A stretch of 64,000 nt of DNA from Eledone cirrhosa (Eukaryota), in assembly GCA_964016885.1 (NCBI GenBank), contig OZ024748.1, positions 39,122,001 through 39,186,000 on the forward strand, read 5' to 3'. The position numbers were made by a program, and so were the translations under genes. Shown piece by piece: positions 37,101-52,100 of this stretch. Within the stretch, counting starts at the first letter, position 1. Each line of letters begins with the position of its first letter. Under the pieces are notes generated by a model. It did no database searches. It worked only from the letters and a program-made list of their open reading frames with translations, and was not told the DNA's origin.

Positions 37101-40100
37101 CGAATGAAAGTCACTGTCTATGTCATTAACCCTTTCATTACCATATTTCTAATGAAAGACACTGTCTATGTCATTAACCCTTTCATTACCATATTTCTAA
37201 TGAAAGTCACTGTCTACGTCATTAAGCCTTTCATTGCCATATTTCTAATGAAAGTCACTGTCTATGTCATTAACCCTTTCATTACCATATTTCTAAGGAA
37301 AGTCACTGTCTATTTCATTAACCCTTTCATTACCATATTTCTAATGAAAGACACTGTCTATGTCATTAACCCTTTCATTACCATATTTCTAATGAAAGTC
37401 ACTGTCTATGTCATTAACCCTTTCATTACCATATTTCTAATAAAAGTCACTGTCTATGTCATTAACCCTTTCATTACCATATTTCTAATGAAAGACACTG
37501 TCTATGTCATTAACCCTTTCATTACCATATTTCTAATAAAAGTCACTGTCTATGTCATTAACCCTTTCATTACCATATTTCTAATGAAAGTCACTGTCTA
37601 TGTCATTAACCCTTTCATTACCATATCTCCAATGAAAGACACATTCTATGTCATTAATCCTTTCATTACCATATTTCTAATAGAAGTCACTGTCTATGTC
37701 ATTAACCCTTTCATTACCATATTTCTAATGAAAGTCACTGTCTATGTCATTAACCCTTTCATTACCATATTTCTAATGAAAGACACATTCTATGTCATTA
37801 ATCCATTCATTACCATATTTCTAATGGAAGTCACTGTCTATGTCATTAACCCTTTCATTACCATATTTCTAATGAAAGACACTGTCTATGTGATTAACCC
37901 TGTCATTACCATATTTCTTTATGAAAGTTACTGTCTATGTCACTAACCCTGTCATTACCATATTTCTAATGAAAGTCACTGTCTATGTCATTAACCCTTT
38001 CATTACCATATTTCAAACAAAAGCCACTGTTTATGTCATTGACCATTTCATTACCATATTTCTAATGAAAGACACTGCCTATGTCATTAAAACTTTCATT
38101 GCCATATTTCTAATGAAAGACACTGTCTATGTCATTAACACTTTATTATCATATTTCTAATGAAAGGCACTGTCTATGTCATTAACCCTTTATTATCATA
38201 TTTCTAATGAGAGACACTGTCTATGTCATTAACCCTTTCATTAACATATTTCTCACAAAAGACACTGCCTATGTCCATATTACCATATATCTAATGAAAG
38301 ACACTGTCTATGTCATTAACTCTTTCATTACCATATTTCTAATGAAAGACACTGTCTATTTCATTAACCCTTTCATTACCATATTTCTAATGAAAGACAC
38401 TGCCAATGTCATTAACCCTTTCATTACCATATTTCTGACACTGTCTATGTTATTAACCCTTTCATCATCATATTTCTAATAAAAGACACTGTTTATGTCA
38501 TTAACCCTATCATTACCATATTTCTAATGAAAGACACTGCCGATGTCATTAACCCTTTCATTACCATATTTCTGAGACTGTCTATTTCATTAACCCTTTC
38601 ATTACCATATTTCTAATGAAAGACACTGTCTATGTTATTAACCCTTTCATTACCAGATTTCTAATGAAAGACACTGTCTATTTCATTAACCCTTTCATTA
38701 CCATATTTCTAATGAAAGACACTGTCTATTTCATTAACCCTTTCATTACCATATTTCTAATGAAAGACACTGTCTATTTCATTAAACCTTTCATTACCAT
38801 ATTTCTAATGAAAGACACTGTCTATGTCATTAACCCTTTCATTACCATATTTCTAATGAAAGACACTGTCTATGTCAGTAACCCTTTCATTACCATATTT
38901 CTAATGAAAGTCACTGTCTATTTCATTAACCCTTTCATTACCACATTTTTAATGAAAGTCACTGTCTATGTCATTAACCCTTTCATTACCATATTTCTAA
39001 TGAAAGTCACTGTCTATGTCATTAACCCTTTCATTACCATATTTCTAATGAAAGACACTGTCTATGTCATTAACCCTTTCATTACCATATTTCTAATGAA
39101 AGTCACTGTCTATGTCATTAACCCTTTCATTACCATATTTCTAATGAAAGTCACTGTCTATTTCATTAACCTTTCATTACCATATTTCTAATGAAAGACA
39201 CTGTCTATGTGATTAACCCTTTGATTACCATATTTCTAATGAAAGTCACTGTCTATGTCATTAACCCTTTCATTACCATATTTCTAATGAAAGACACTGT
39301 CTATGTCATTAACCCTTTCATTACCATATTTCTAATAAACGTCACTGTCTATGTCATTAACCCTTTCATTACCATATTTCTAATGAAAGTCACTGTCTAT
39401 GTCATTAACCCTTTCATTACCATATTTCTAATGAAAGACACATTCTATGTCATTAATCCTTTCATTACCATATATCTAATGGAAGTCACTGTCTATGTCA
39501 TTAACCCTTTCATTAACATATTTCTAATGAAAGTCACTGTCTATGTCATTAACCCTTTCATTACCATATTTCTAATGAAAGTCACTGTCTATGTCATTAA
39601 CCCTTTCATTACCATATTTCTAATGAAAGACACAGTCTATGTCATTAATCCTTTCATTACCATATTTCTAATGAAAGACAATGTCTATGTCATTAACCCT
39701 TTCATTACCATGTTTCTAATGAAAGTCACTGTCTATGTCATTAACCCTTTCATTACCATATTTCTAATGAAAGACACTGTCTATGTCATTAACCCTTTCA
39801 TTAACATATTTCTCACAAAAGACACTGCCTATGTCCATATTACCATATATCTAATGAAAGACACTGTCTATGTCATTAACTCTTTCATTACCATATTTCT
39901 AATGAAAGACACTGTCTATGTCATTAACTCTTTCATTACCATATTTCTAATAAAAGACACTGTTTATGTCATTAACCCTATCATTACCTTATTTCTAATG
40001 AAAGGCACTGTCTATTTCATTAACCCTTTCATTACCATATTTCTAATGAAAGACACTGTCTATTTCATTAAACCTTTCATTACCATATTTCTAATGAAAG

Positions 40101-43100
40101 ACACTGTCTATGTCATTAACCCTTTCATTACCATATTTCTAATGAAAGACACTGTCTATGTCATAAACCCTTTCATTACCATATTTCTAATGAAAGTCAC
40201 TGTCTATGTCATTAACACTTTCATTACCATATTTCTAATGAAAGACACAGTCTATTTCATTAACCCTTTCATTACCATATTTCTAATGAAAGACACTGCC
40301 AATGTCATTAACCCTTTCATTGCCATATTTCTGACACTGTCTATGTCATTAACCCTTTCATTATCATATTTCTAATAAAAGACACTGTTTATGTCATTAA
40401 CCCTATCATTACCTTATTTCTAATGAAAGACACTGTCTATGTCATTAACCCTGTCATTACCATATTTCTAATGAAAGACACTGCCGATGTCATTAACCCT
40501 TTCATTACCATATTTCTAATGAAAGACACTGTCTATGTCATTAACCCTTTCATTACCATATTTCTAATGAAAGACACTGTCTATTTCATTAACCCTTTCA
40601 TTACCATATTTCTAATGAAAGACACTGGTCTATTTCATTAACCCTTTCATTACCATATTTCTAATGAAAGACACTGTCTATTTCATTAACCCTTTCATTA
40701 CCATATTTCTAATGAAAGACACTGTCTATTTCATTAACCCTTTCATTACCATATTTCTAATGAAAGACACTGTCTATTTCATTAAGCCTTTCATTACCAT
40801 ATTTCTAATGAAAGACACTGTCTATTTCATTAACCCTTTCATTACCATATTTCTAATGAAAGACACTGTCTATGTCATTAACCCTTTCATTACCATATTT
40901 CTAATGAAAGACACTGTCTATGTCATTAACCCTTTCATTACCATATTTCTAATGAACGTCACTGTCTATGTCATTAACCCTTTCATTACCATATTTCTAA
41001 TGAAAGACACTGTCTATGTCATTAACCCTTTCATTACCATATTTCTAATAAAAGTCACTGTCTATGTCATTAACCCTTTCATTACCATATTTCTAATGAA
41101 AGTCACTGTCTATGTCATTAACCCTTTCATTACCATATCTCCAATGAAAGACACATTCTATGTCATTAATCCTTTCATTACCATATTTCTAATAGAAGTC
41201 ACTGTCTATGTCATTAACCCTTTCATTACCATATTTCTAATGAAAGTCACTGTCTATGTCATTAACCCTTTCATTACCATATTTCTAATGAAAGACACAT
41301 TCTATGTCATTAATCCATTCATTACCATATTTCTAATGGAAGTCACTGTCTATGTCATTAACCCTTTCATTACCATATTTCTAATGAAAGACACTGTCTA
41401 TGTGATTAACCCTGTCATTACCATATTTCTTTATGAAAGTTACTGTCTATGTCACTAACCCTGTCATTACCATATTTCTAATGAAAGTCACTGTCTATGT
41501 CATTAACCCTTTCATTACCATATTTCAAACAAAAGCCACTGTTTATGTCATTGACCATTTCATTACCATATTTCTAATGAAAGACACTGCCTATGTCATT
41601 AAAACTTTCATTGCCATATTTCTAATGAAAGACACTGTCTATGTCATTAACACTTTATTATCATATTTCTAATGAAAGGCACTGTCTATGTCATTAACCC
41701 TTTATTATCATATTTCTAATGAGAGACACTGTCTATGTCATTAACCCTTTCATTAACATATTTCTCACAAAAGACACTGCCTATGTCCATATTACCATAT
41801 ATCTAATGAAAGACACTGTCTATGTCATTAACTCTTTCATTACCATATTTCTAATGAAAGACACTGTCTATTTCATTAACCCTTTCATTACCATATTTCT
41901 AATGAAAGACACTGCCAATGTCATTAACCCTTTCATTACCATATTTCTGACACTGTCTATGTTATTAACCCTTTCATCATCATATTTCTAATAAAAGACA
42001 CTGTTTATGTCATTAACCCTATCATTACCATATTTCTAATGAAAGACACTGCCGATGTCATTAACCCTTTCATTACCATATTTCTGAGACTGTCTATTTC
42101 ATTAACCCTTTCATTACCATATTTCTAATGAAAGACACTGTCTATGTTATTAACCCTTTCATTACCAGATTTCTAATGAAAGACACTGTCTATTTCATTA
42201 ACCCTTTCATTACCATATTTCTAATGAAAGACACTGTCTATTTCATTAACCCTTTCATTACCATATTTCTAATGAAAGACACTGTCTATTTCATTAAACC
42301 TTTCATTACCATATTTCTAATGAAAGACACTGTCTATGTCATTAACCCTTTCATTACCATATTTCTAATGAAAGACACTGTCTATGTCAGTAACCCTTTC
42401 ATTACCATATTTCTAATGAAAGTCACTGTCTATTTCATTAACCCTTTCATTACCACATTTTTAATGAAAGTCACTGTCTATGTCATTAACCCTTTCATTA
42501 CCATATTTCTAATGAAAGTCACTGTCTATGTCATTAACCCTTTCATTACCATATTTCTAATGAAAGACACTGTCTATGTCATTAACCCTTTCATTACCAT
42601 ATTTCTAATGAAAGTCACTGTCTATGTCATTAACCCTTTCATTACCATATTTCTAATGAAAGTCACTGTCTATTTCATTAACCTTTCATTACCATATTTC
42701 TAATGAAAGACACTGTCTATGTGATTAACCCTTTGATTACCATATTTCTAATGAAAGTCACTGTCTATGTCATTAACCCTTTCATTACCATATTTCTAAT
42801 GAAAGACACTGTCTATGTCATTAACCCTTTCATTACCATATTTCTAATAAACGTCACTGTCTATGTCATTAACCCTTTCATTACCATATTTCTAATGAAA
42901 GTCACTGTCTATGTCATTAACCCTTTCATTACCATATTTCTAATGAAAGACACATTCTATGTCATTAATCCTTTCATTACCATATATCTAATGGAAGTCA
43001 CTGTCTATGTCATTAACCCTTTCATTAACATATTTCTAATGAAAGTCACTGTCTATGTCATTAACCCTTTCATTACCATATTTCTAATGAAAGTCACTGT

Positions 43101-46100
43101 CTATGTCATTAACCCTTTCATTACCATATTTCTAATGAAAGACACAGTCTATGTCATTAATCCTTTCATTACCATATTTCTAATGAAAGACAATGTCTAT
43201 GTCATTAACCCTTTCATTACCATGTTTCTAATGAAAGTCACTGTCTATGTCATTAACCCTTTCATTACCATATTTCTAATGAAAGACACTGTCTATGTCA
43301 TTAACCCTTTCATTAACATATTTCTCACAAAAGACACTGCCTATGTCCATATTACCATATATCTAATGAAAGACACTGTCTATGTCATTAACTCTTTCAT
43401 TACCATATTTCTAATGAAAGACACTGTCTATGTCATTAACTCTTTCATTACCATATTTCTAATAAAAGACACTGTTTATGTCATTAACCCTATCATTACC
43501 TTATTTCTAATGAAAGGCACTGTCTATTTCATTAACCCTTTCATTACCATATTTCTAATGAAAGACACTGTCTATTTCATTAAACCTTTCATTACCATAT
43601 TTCTAATGAAAGACACTGTCTATGTCATTAACCCTTTCATTACCATATTTCTAATGAAAGACACTGTCTATGTCATAAACCCTTTCATTACCATATTTCT
43701 AATGAAAGTCACTGTCTATGTCATTAACACTTTCATTACCATATTTCTAATGAAAGACACAGTCTATTTCATTAACCCTTTCATTACCATATTTCTAATG
43801 AAAGACACTGCCAATGTCATTAACCCTTTCATTGCCATATTTCTGACACTGTCTATGTCATTAACCCTTTCATTATCATATTTCTAATAAAAGACACTGT
43901 TTATGTCATTAACCCTATCATTACCTTATTTCTAATGAAAGACACTGTCTATGTCATTAACCCTGTCATTACCATATTTCTAATGAAAGACACTGCCGAT
44001 GTCATTAACCCTTTCATTACCATATTTCTAATGAAAGACACTGTCTATGTCATTAACCCTTTCATTACCATATTTCTAATGAAAGACACTGTCTATTTCA
44101 TTAACCCTTTCATTACCATATTTCTAATGAAAGACACTGGTCTATTTCATTAACCCTTTCATTACCATATTTCTAATGAAAGACACTGTCTATTTCATTA
44201 ACCCTTTCATTACCATATTTCTAATGAAAGACACTGTCTATTTCATTAACCCTTTCATTACCATATTTCTAATGAAAGACACTGTCTATTTCATTAAGCC
44301 TTTCATTACCATATTTCTAATGAAAGACACTGTCTATTTCATTAACCCTTTCATTACCATATTTCTAATGAAAGACACTGTCTATGTCATTAACCCTTTC
44401 ATTACCATATTTCTAATGAAAGACACTGTCTATGTCATTAACCCTTTCATTACCATATTTCTAATGAACGTCACTGTCTATGTCATTAACACTTTCATTA
44501 CCATATTTCTAATGAAAGTCACTGTCTATGTCATTAACCCTTTCATTACCATATTTCTAATGAAAGTCACTGTCTATGTCATTAACCCTTTCATTACCAT
44601 ATTTCTAATGAAAGTCACTGTCTATGTCATTAACCCTTTCATTACCATATTTCTAATGAAAGACACTGTCTATGTCATTAACCCTTTCATTACCATATTT
44701 CTAATGAAAGACACTGTCTATGTCATTAACCCTTTCATTACCATATTTCTAATGAAAGTCACTGTCTATGTCATTAAGCATTTCATTGCCATATTTCTAA
44801 GGAAAGTCACTGTCTATTTCATTAACCCTTTCATTACCATATTTCTAATGAAAGACACTGTCTATGTCATTAACCCTTTCATTACCATATTTCTAATGAA
44901 AGTCACTGTCTATGTCATTAACCCTTTCATTACCATATTTCTAATAAAAGTCACTGTCTATGTCATTAACCCTTTCATTACCATATTTCTAATGAAAGAC
45001 ACTGTCTATGTCATTAACCCTTTCATTACCATATTTCTAATAAAAGTCACTGTCTATGTCATTAACCCTTTCATTACCATATTTCTAATGAAAGTCACTG
45101 TCTATGTCATTAACCCTTTCATTACCATATCTCCAATGAAAGACACATTCTATGTCATTAATCCTTTCATTACCATATTTCTAATAGAAGTCACTGTCTA
45201 TGTCATTAACCCTTTCATTACCATATTTCTAATGAAAGACACTGTCCATGTCATTAACCCTTTCATTACCATATTTCTAATAAAAGTCACTCTCTATGTC
45301 ATTAACCCTTTCATTACCATATTTCTAATTAAAAAGACACTGTCTATTTCATTAAACCTTTCATTACCATATTTCTAATGAAAGACACTGTCTATGTCAT
45401 TAACCCTTTCATTACCATATTTCTAATGAAAGACACTATCTATGTCATAAACCCTTTCATTACCATAGTTCTAATGAAAGTCACTGTCTATGTCATTAAC
45501 ACTTTCATTACCATATTTCTAATGAAAGACACTGTCTATTTCATTAACCCTTTCATTACCATATTTCTAATGAATGACACTGCCAATGTCATTAACCCTT
45601 TCATTACCATATTTCTGACACTGTCTATGTCATTAACCCTTTCATTATCATATTTCTAATAAAAGACACTGTTTATGTCATTAACCCTATCATTACCTTA
45701 TTTCTAATGAAAGACACTGTCTATGTCATTAACCCTGTCATTACCATATTTCTAATGAAAGACACTGCCGATGTCATTAACCCTTTCATTACCATATTTC
45801 TAATGAAAGACACTGTCTATGTCATTAACCCTTTCATTACCATATTTCTAATGAAAGACACTGTCTATTTCATTAACCCTTTCATTACTATATTTCTAAT
45901 GAAAGACACTGGTCTATTTCATTAACCCTTTCATTACCATATTTCTAATGAAAGACACTGTCTATTTCATTAACCCTTTCATTACCATATTTCTAATGAA
46001 AGACACTGTCTATTTCATTAACCCTTTCATTACCATATTTTTAATGAACGTCACTGTCTATGTCATTAACACTTTCATTACCATATTTCTAGTGAAAGTC

Positions 46101-49100
46101 ACTGTCTATGTCATTAACCCTTTCATTACCATATTTCTAATGAAAGTCACTGTCTATGTCATTAACCCTTTCATTACCATATTTCGAATGAAAGTCACTG
46201 TCTATGTCATTAACCCTTTCATTACCATATTTCTAATGAAAGACACTGTCTATGTCATTAACCCTTTCATTACCATATTTCTAATGAAAGTCAGTGTCTA
46301 TGTCATTAAGCCTTTCATTGCCATATTTCTAATGAAAGTCACTGTCTATGTCATTAACCCTTTCATTACCATATTTCTAAGGAAAGTCACTGTCTATTTC
46401 ATTAACCCTTTCATTACCATATTTCTAATGAAAGACACTGTCTATGTCATTAACCCTTTCATTACCATATTTCTAATGAAAGTCACTGTCTATGTCATTA
46501 ACCCTTTCATTACCATATTTCTAATAAAAGTCACTGTCTATGTCATTAACCCTTTCATTACCATATTTCTAATGAAAGACACTGTCTATGTCATTAACCC
46601 TTTCATTACTATATTTCTAATGAAAGTCACTGTCTATGTCATTAACCCTTTCATTACCATATCTCCAATGAAAGACACATTCTATGTCATTAATCCTTTC
46701 ATTACCATATTTCTAATAGAAGTCACTGTCTATGTCATTAACCCTTTCATTACCATATTTCTAATGAAAGTCACTGTCTATGTCATTAACCCTTTCATTA
46801 CCATATTTCTAATGAAAGACACATTCTATGTCATTAATCCATTCATTACCATATTTCTAATGGAAGTCACTGTCTATGTCATTAACCCTTTCATTACCAT
46901 ATTTCTAATAAAAGTCACTGTCTATGTCATTAACCCTTTCATTACCATATTTCTAATGAAAGTCACTGTCTATGTCATTAACCCTTTCATTACCATATCT
47001 CCAATGAAAGACACATTCTATGTCATTAATCCTTTCATTGCCATATTTCTAATAGAAGTCACTGTCTATGTCATTAACCCTTTCATTACCATATTTCTAA
47101 TGAAAGTCACTGTCTATGTCATTAACCCTTTCATTTCCATATTTCTAATGAAAGGCACTGTCTATGTCATTAACCCTTTCATTACCATATTTCTAATGAA
47201 AGTCACTGTCTATGTCATTAACCCTTTCATTACCATATTTCCAATAAAAGTCACTGTCTATGTCATTAACCCTTTCATTACCATATTTCTAATGAAAGAC
47301 TCTGTCTATGTCATTAACCCTTTCATTACCATATTTCTAATAAAAGTCACTGTCTATGTCATTAACCCTTTCATTACCATATTTCTAATGAAAGTCACTG
47401 TCTATGTCATTAACCCTTTCATTACCATATCTCCAATGAAAGACACATTCTATGTCATTAATCCTTTCATTACCATATTTCTAATAGAAGTCACTGTCTA
47501 TGTCATTAACCCTTTCATTACCATATTTCTAATGAAAGTCACTGTCTATGTCATTAACCATTTCATTACCATATTTCTAATGAAAGACACATTCTATGTC
47601 ATTAATCCATTCATTACCATATTTCTAATGGAAGTCACTGTCTATGTCATTAACCCTTTCATTACCATATTTCTAATGAAAGACACTGTCTATGTGATTA
47701 ACCCTGTCATTACCATATTTCTTTATGAAAGTTACTGTCTATGTCACTAACCCTGTCATTACCATATTTCTAATGAAAGTCACTGTCTATGTCATTAACC
47801 CTTTCATTACCATATTTCAAACAAAAGCCACTGTTTATGTCATTGACCATTTCATTACCATATTTCTAATGAAAGACATTGTCTATGTCAATAACACATT
47901 CATTACCATATTTCTAATGAAAGACACTGCCTATGTCATTAAAACTTTCATTGCCATATTTCTAATGAAAGACACTGCCTATGTCATTAACCCTTTCATT
48001 ACCATATTTCTTATGAAAGACACTGTCTATGTCATTAACACTTTATTATCATATTTCTAATGAAAGGCACTGTCTATGTCATTAACCCTTTATTATCATA
48101 TTTCTAATGAGAGACACTGTCTATGTCATTAACCCTTTCATTAACATATTTCTCACAAAAGACACTGCCTATGTCCATATTACCATATATCTAATGAAAG
48201 ACACTGTCTATGTCATTAACCCTTTCATTACCATATTTCTAATGAACGTCACTGTCTATGTCATTAACACTTTCATTACCATATTTCTAATGAAAGTCAC
48301 TGTCTATGTCATTAACCCTTTCATTACCATATTTCTAATGAAAGTCACTGTCTATGTCATTAACCCTTTCATTACCATATTTCTAATGAAAGTCACTGTC
48401 TATGTCATTAACCCTTTCATTACCATATTTCTAATGAAAGACACTGTCTATGTCATTAACCCTTTCATTACCATATTTCTAATGAAAGTCACTGTCTATG
48501 TCATTAAGCCTTTCATTGCCATATTTCTAATGAAAGTCACTGTCTATGTCATTAACCCTTTCATTACCATATTTCTAAGGAAAGTCACTGTCTATTTCAT
48601 TAACCCTTTCATTACCATATTTCTAATGAAAGACACTGTCTATGTCATTAACCCTTTCATTACCATATTTCTAATGAAAGTCACTGTCTATGTCATTAAC
48701 CCTTTCATTACCATATTTCTAATGAAAGACACTGTCTATGTCATTAACCCTTTCATTACCATATTTCTAATAAAAGTCACTGTCTATGTCATTAACCCTT
48801 TCATTACCATATTTCTAATGAAAGTCACTGTCTATGTCATTAACCCTTTCATTACCATATCTCCAATGAAAGACACTTTCTATGTCATTAATCCTTTCAT
48901 TACCATATTTCTAATAGAAGTCACTGTCTATGTCATTAACCCTTTCATTACCATATTTCTAATGAAAGAAACTGTCCATGTCATTAACCCTTTCATTACC
49001 ATATTTCTAATAAAAGTCACTCTATATGTCATTAACCCTTTCATTACCATATTTCTAATGAAAGACACTGTCTATTTCATTAAACCTTTCATTACCATAT

Positions 49101-52100
49101 TTCTAATGAAAGACACTGTCTATGTCATTAACCCTTTCATTACCATATTTCTAATGAAAGACACTGTCTATGTCATAAACCCTTTCATTACCATATTTCT
49201 AATGAAAGTCACTGTCTATGTCATTAACACTTTCATTACCATATTTCTAATGAAAGACACTGTCTATTTCATTAACCCTTTCATTACCATATTTCTAATG
49301 AAAGACACTGCCAATGTCATTAACCCTTTCATTACCATATTTCTGACACTGTCTATTTCATTAACCCTTTCATTATCATATTTCTAATAAAAGACACTGT
49401 TTATGTCATTAACCCTATCATTACCTTATTTCTAATGAAAGACACTGTCTATGTCATTAACCCTGTCATTACCATATTTCTAATGAAAGACACTGCCGAT
49501 GTCATTAACCCTTTCATTACCATATTTCTAATGAAAGACACTGTCTATGTCATTAACCCTTTCATTACCATATTTCTAATGAAAGACACTGTCTATTTCA
49601 TTAACCCTTTCATTACCATATTTCTAATGAAAGACACTGGTCTATTTCATTAACCCTTTCATTACCATATTTCTAATGAAAGACACTGTCTATTTCATTA
49701 ACCCTTTCATTACCATATTTCTAATGAAAGACACTGTCTATTTCATTAACCCTTTCATTACCATATTTTTAATGAAAGACACTGTCTATTTCATTAAGCC
49801 TTTCATTACCATATTTCTAATGAAAGACACTGTCTATTTCATTAACCCTTTCATTACCATATTTCTAATGAAAGACACTGTCTATTTCATTAAACCTTTC
49901 ATTACCATATTTCTAATGAAAGACACTGTCTATTTCATTAACCCTTTCATTACCATATTTCTAATGAAAGACACTGTCTATGTCATTAACCCTTTCATTA
50001 CCATATTTCTAATGAACGTCACTGTCTATGTCATTAACACTTTCATTACCATATTTCTAATGAAAGTCACTGTCTATGTCATTAACCCTTTCATTACCAT
50101 ATTTCGAATGAAAGTCACTGTCTATGTCATTAACCCTTTCATTACCATATTTCTAATGAAAGACACTGTCTATGTCATTAACCCTTTCATTACCATATTT
50201 CTAATGAAAGTCACTGTCTATGTCATTAAGCCTTTCATTGCCATATTTCTAATGAAAGTCACTGTCTATGTCATTAACCCTTTCATTACCATATTTCTAA
50301 GGAAAGTCACTGTCTATTTCATTAACCCTTTCATTACCATATTTCTAATGAAAGACACTGTCTATGTCATTAACCCTTTCATTACCATATTTCTAATGAA
50401 AGTCACTGTCTATGTCATTAACCCTTTCATTACCATATTTCTAATAAAAGTCACTGTCTATGTCATTAACCCTTTCATTACCATATTTCTAATGAAAGAC
50501 ACTGTCTATGTCATTGACCCTTTCATTACCATATTTCTAATAAAAGTCACTGTCTATGTCATTAACCCTTTCATTACCATATTTCTAATGAAAGTCACTG
50601 TCTATGTCATTAACCCTTTCATTACCATATCTCCAATGAAAGACACATTCTATGTCATTAATCCTTTCATTACCATATTTCTAATAGAAGTCACTGTCTA
50701 TGTCATTAACCCTTTCATTACCATATTTCTAATGAAAGTCACTGTCTATGTCATTAACCCTTTCATTACCATATTTCTAATGAAAGACACATTCTATGTC
50801 ATTAATCCATTCATTACCATATTTCTAATGGAAGTCACTGTCTATGTCATTAACCCTTTCATTACCATATTTCTAATGAAAGACACTGTCTATGTGATTA
50901 ACCCTGTCATTACCATATTTCTTTATGAAAGTTACTGTCTATGTCACTAACCCTGTCATTACCATATTTCTAATGAAAGTCACTGTCTATGTCATTAACC
51001 CTTTCATTACCATATTTCAAACAAAAGCCACTGTTTATGTCATTGACCATTTCATTACCATATTTCTAATGAAAGACACTGCCTATGTCATTAAAACTTT
51101 CATTGCCATATTTCTAATGAAAGACACTGTCTATGTTATTAACACTTTATTATCATATTTCTAATGAAAGGCACTGTCTATGTCATTAACCCTTTATTAT
51201 CATATTTCTAATGAGAGACACTGTCTATGTCATTAACCCTTTCATTAACATATTTCTCACAAAAGACACTGCCTATGTCCATATTACCATATATCTAATG
51301 AAAGACACTGTCTATGTCATTAACTCTTTCATTTCCATATTTCTAATGAAAGGCACTGTCTATGTCATTAACCCTTTCATTACCATATTTCTAATGAAAG
51401 TCACTGTCTATGTCATTAACCCTTTCATTACCATATTTCTAATAAAAGTCACTGTCTATGTCATTAACCCTTTCATTACCATATTTCTAATGAAAGACTC
51501 TGTCTATGTCATTAACCCTTTCATTACCATATTTCTAATAAAAGTCACTGTCTATGTCATTAACCCTTTCATTACCATATTTCTAATGAAAGTCACTGTC
51601 TATGTCATTAACCCTTTCATTACCATATCTCCAATGAAAGACACATTCTATGTCATTAATCCTTTCATTACCATATTTCTAATAGAAGTCACTGTCTATG
51701 TCATTAACCCTTTCATTACCATATTTCTAATGAAAGTCACTGTCTATGTCATTAACCATTTCATTACCATATTTCTAATGAAAGACACATTCTATGTCAT
51801 TAATCCATTCCTTACCATATTTCTAATGGAAGTCACTGTCTATGTCATTAACCCTTTCATTACCATATTTCTAATGAAAGACACTGTCTATGTGATTAAC
51901 CCTGTCATTACCATATTTCTTTATGAAAGTTACTGTCTATGTCACTAACCCTGTCATTACCATATTTCTAATGAAAGTCACTGTCTATGTCATTAACCCT
52001 TTCATTACCATATTTCAAACAAAAGCCACTGTTTATGTCATTGACCATTTCATTACCATATTTCTAATGAAAGACATTGTCTATGTCAATAACACATTCA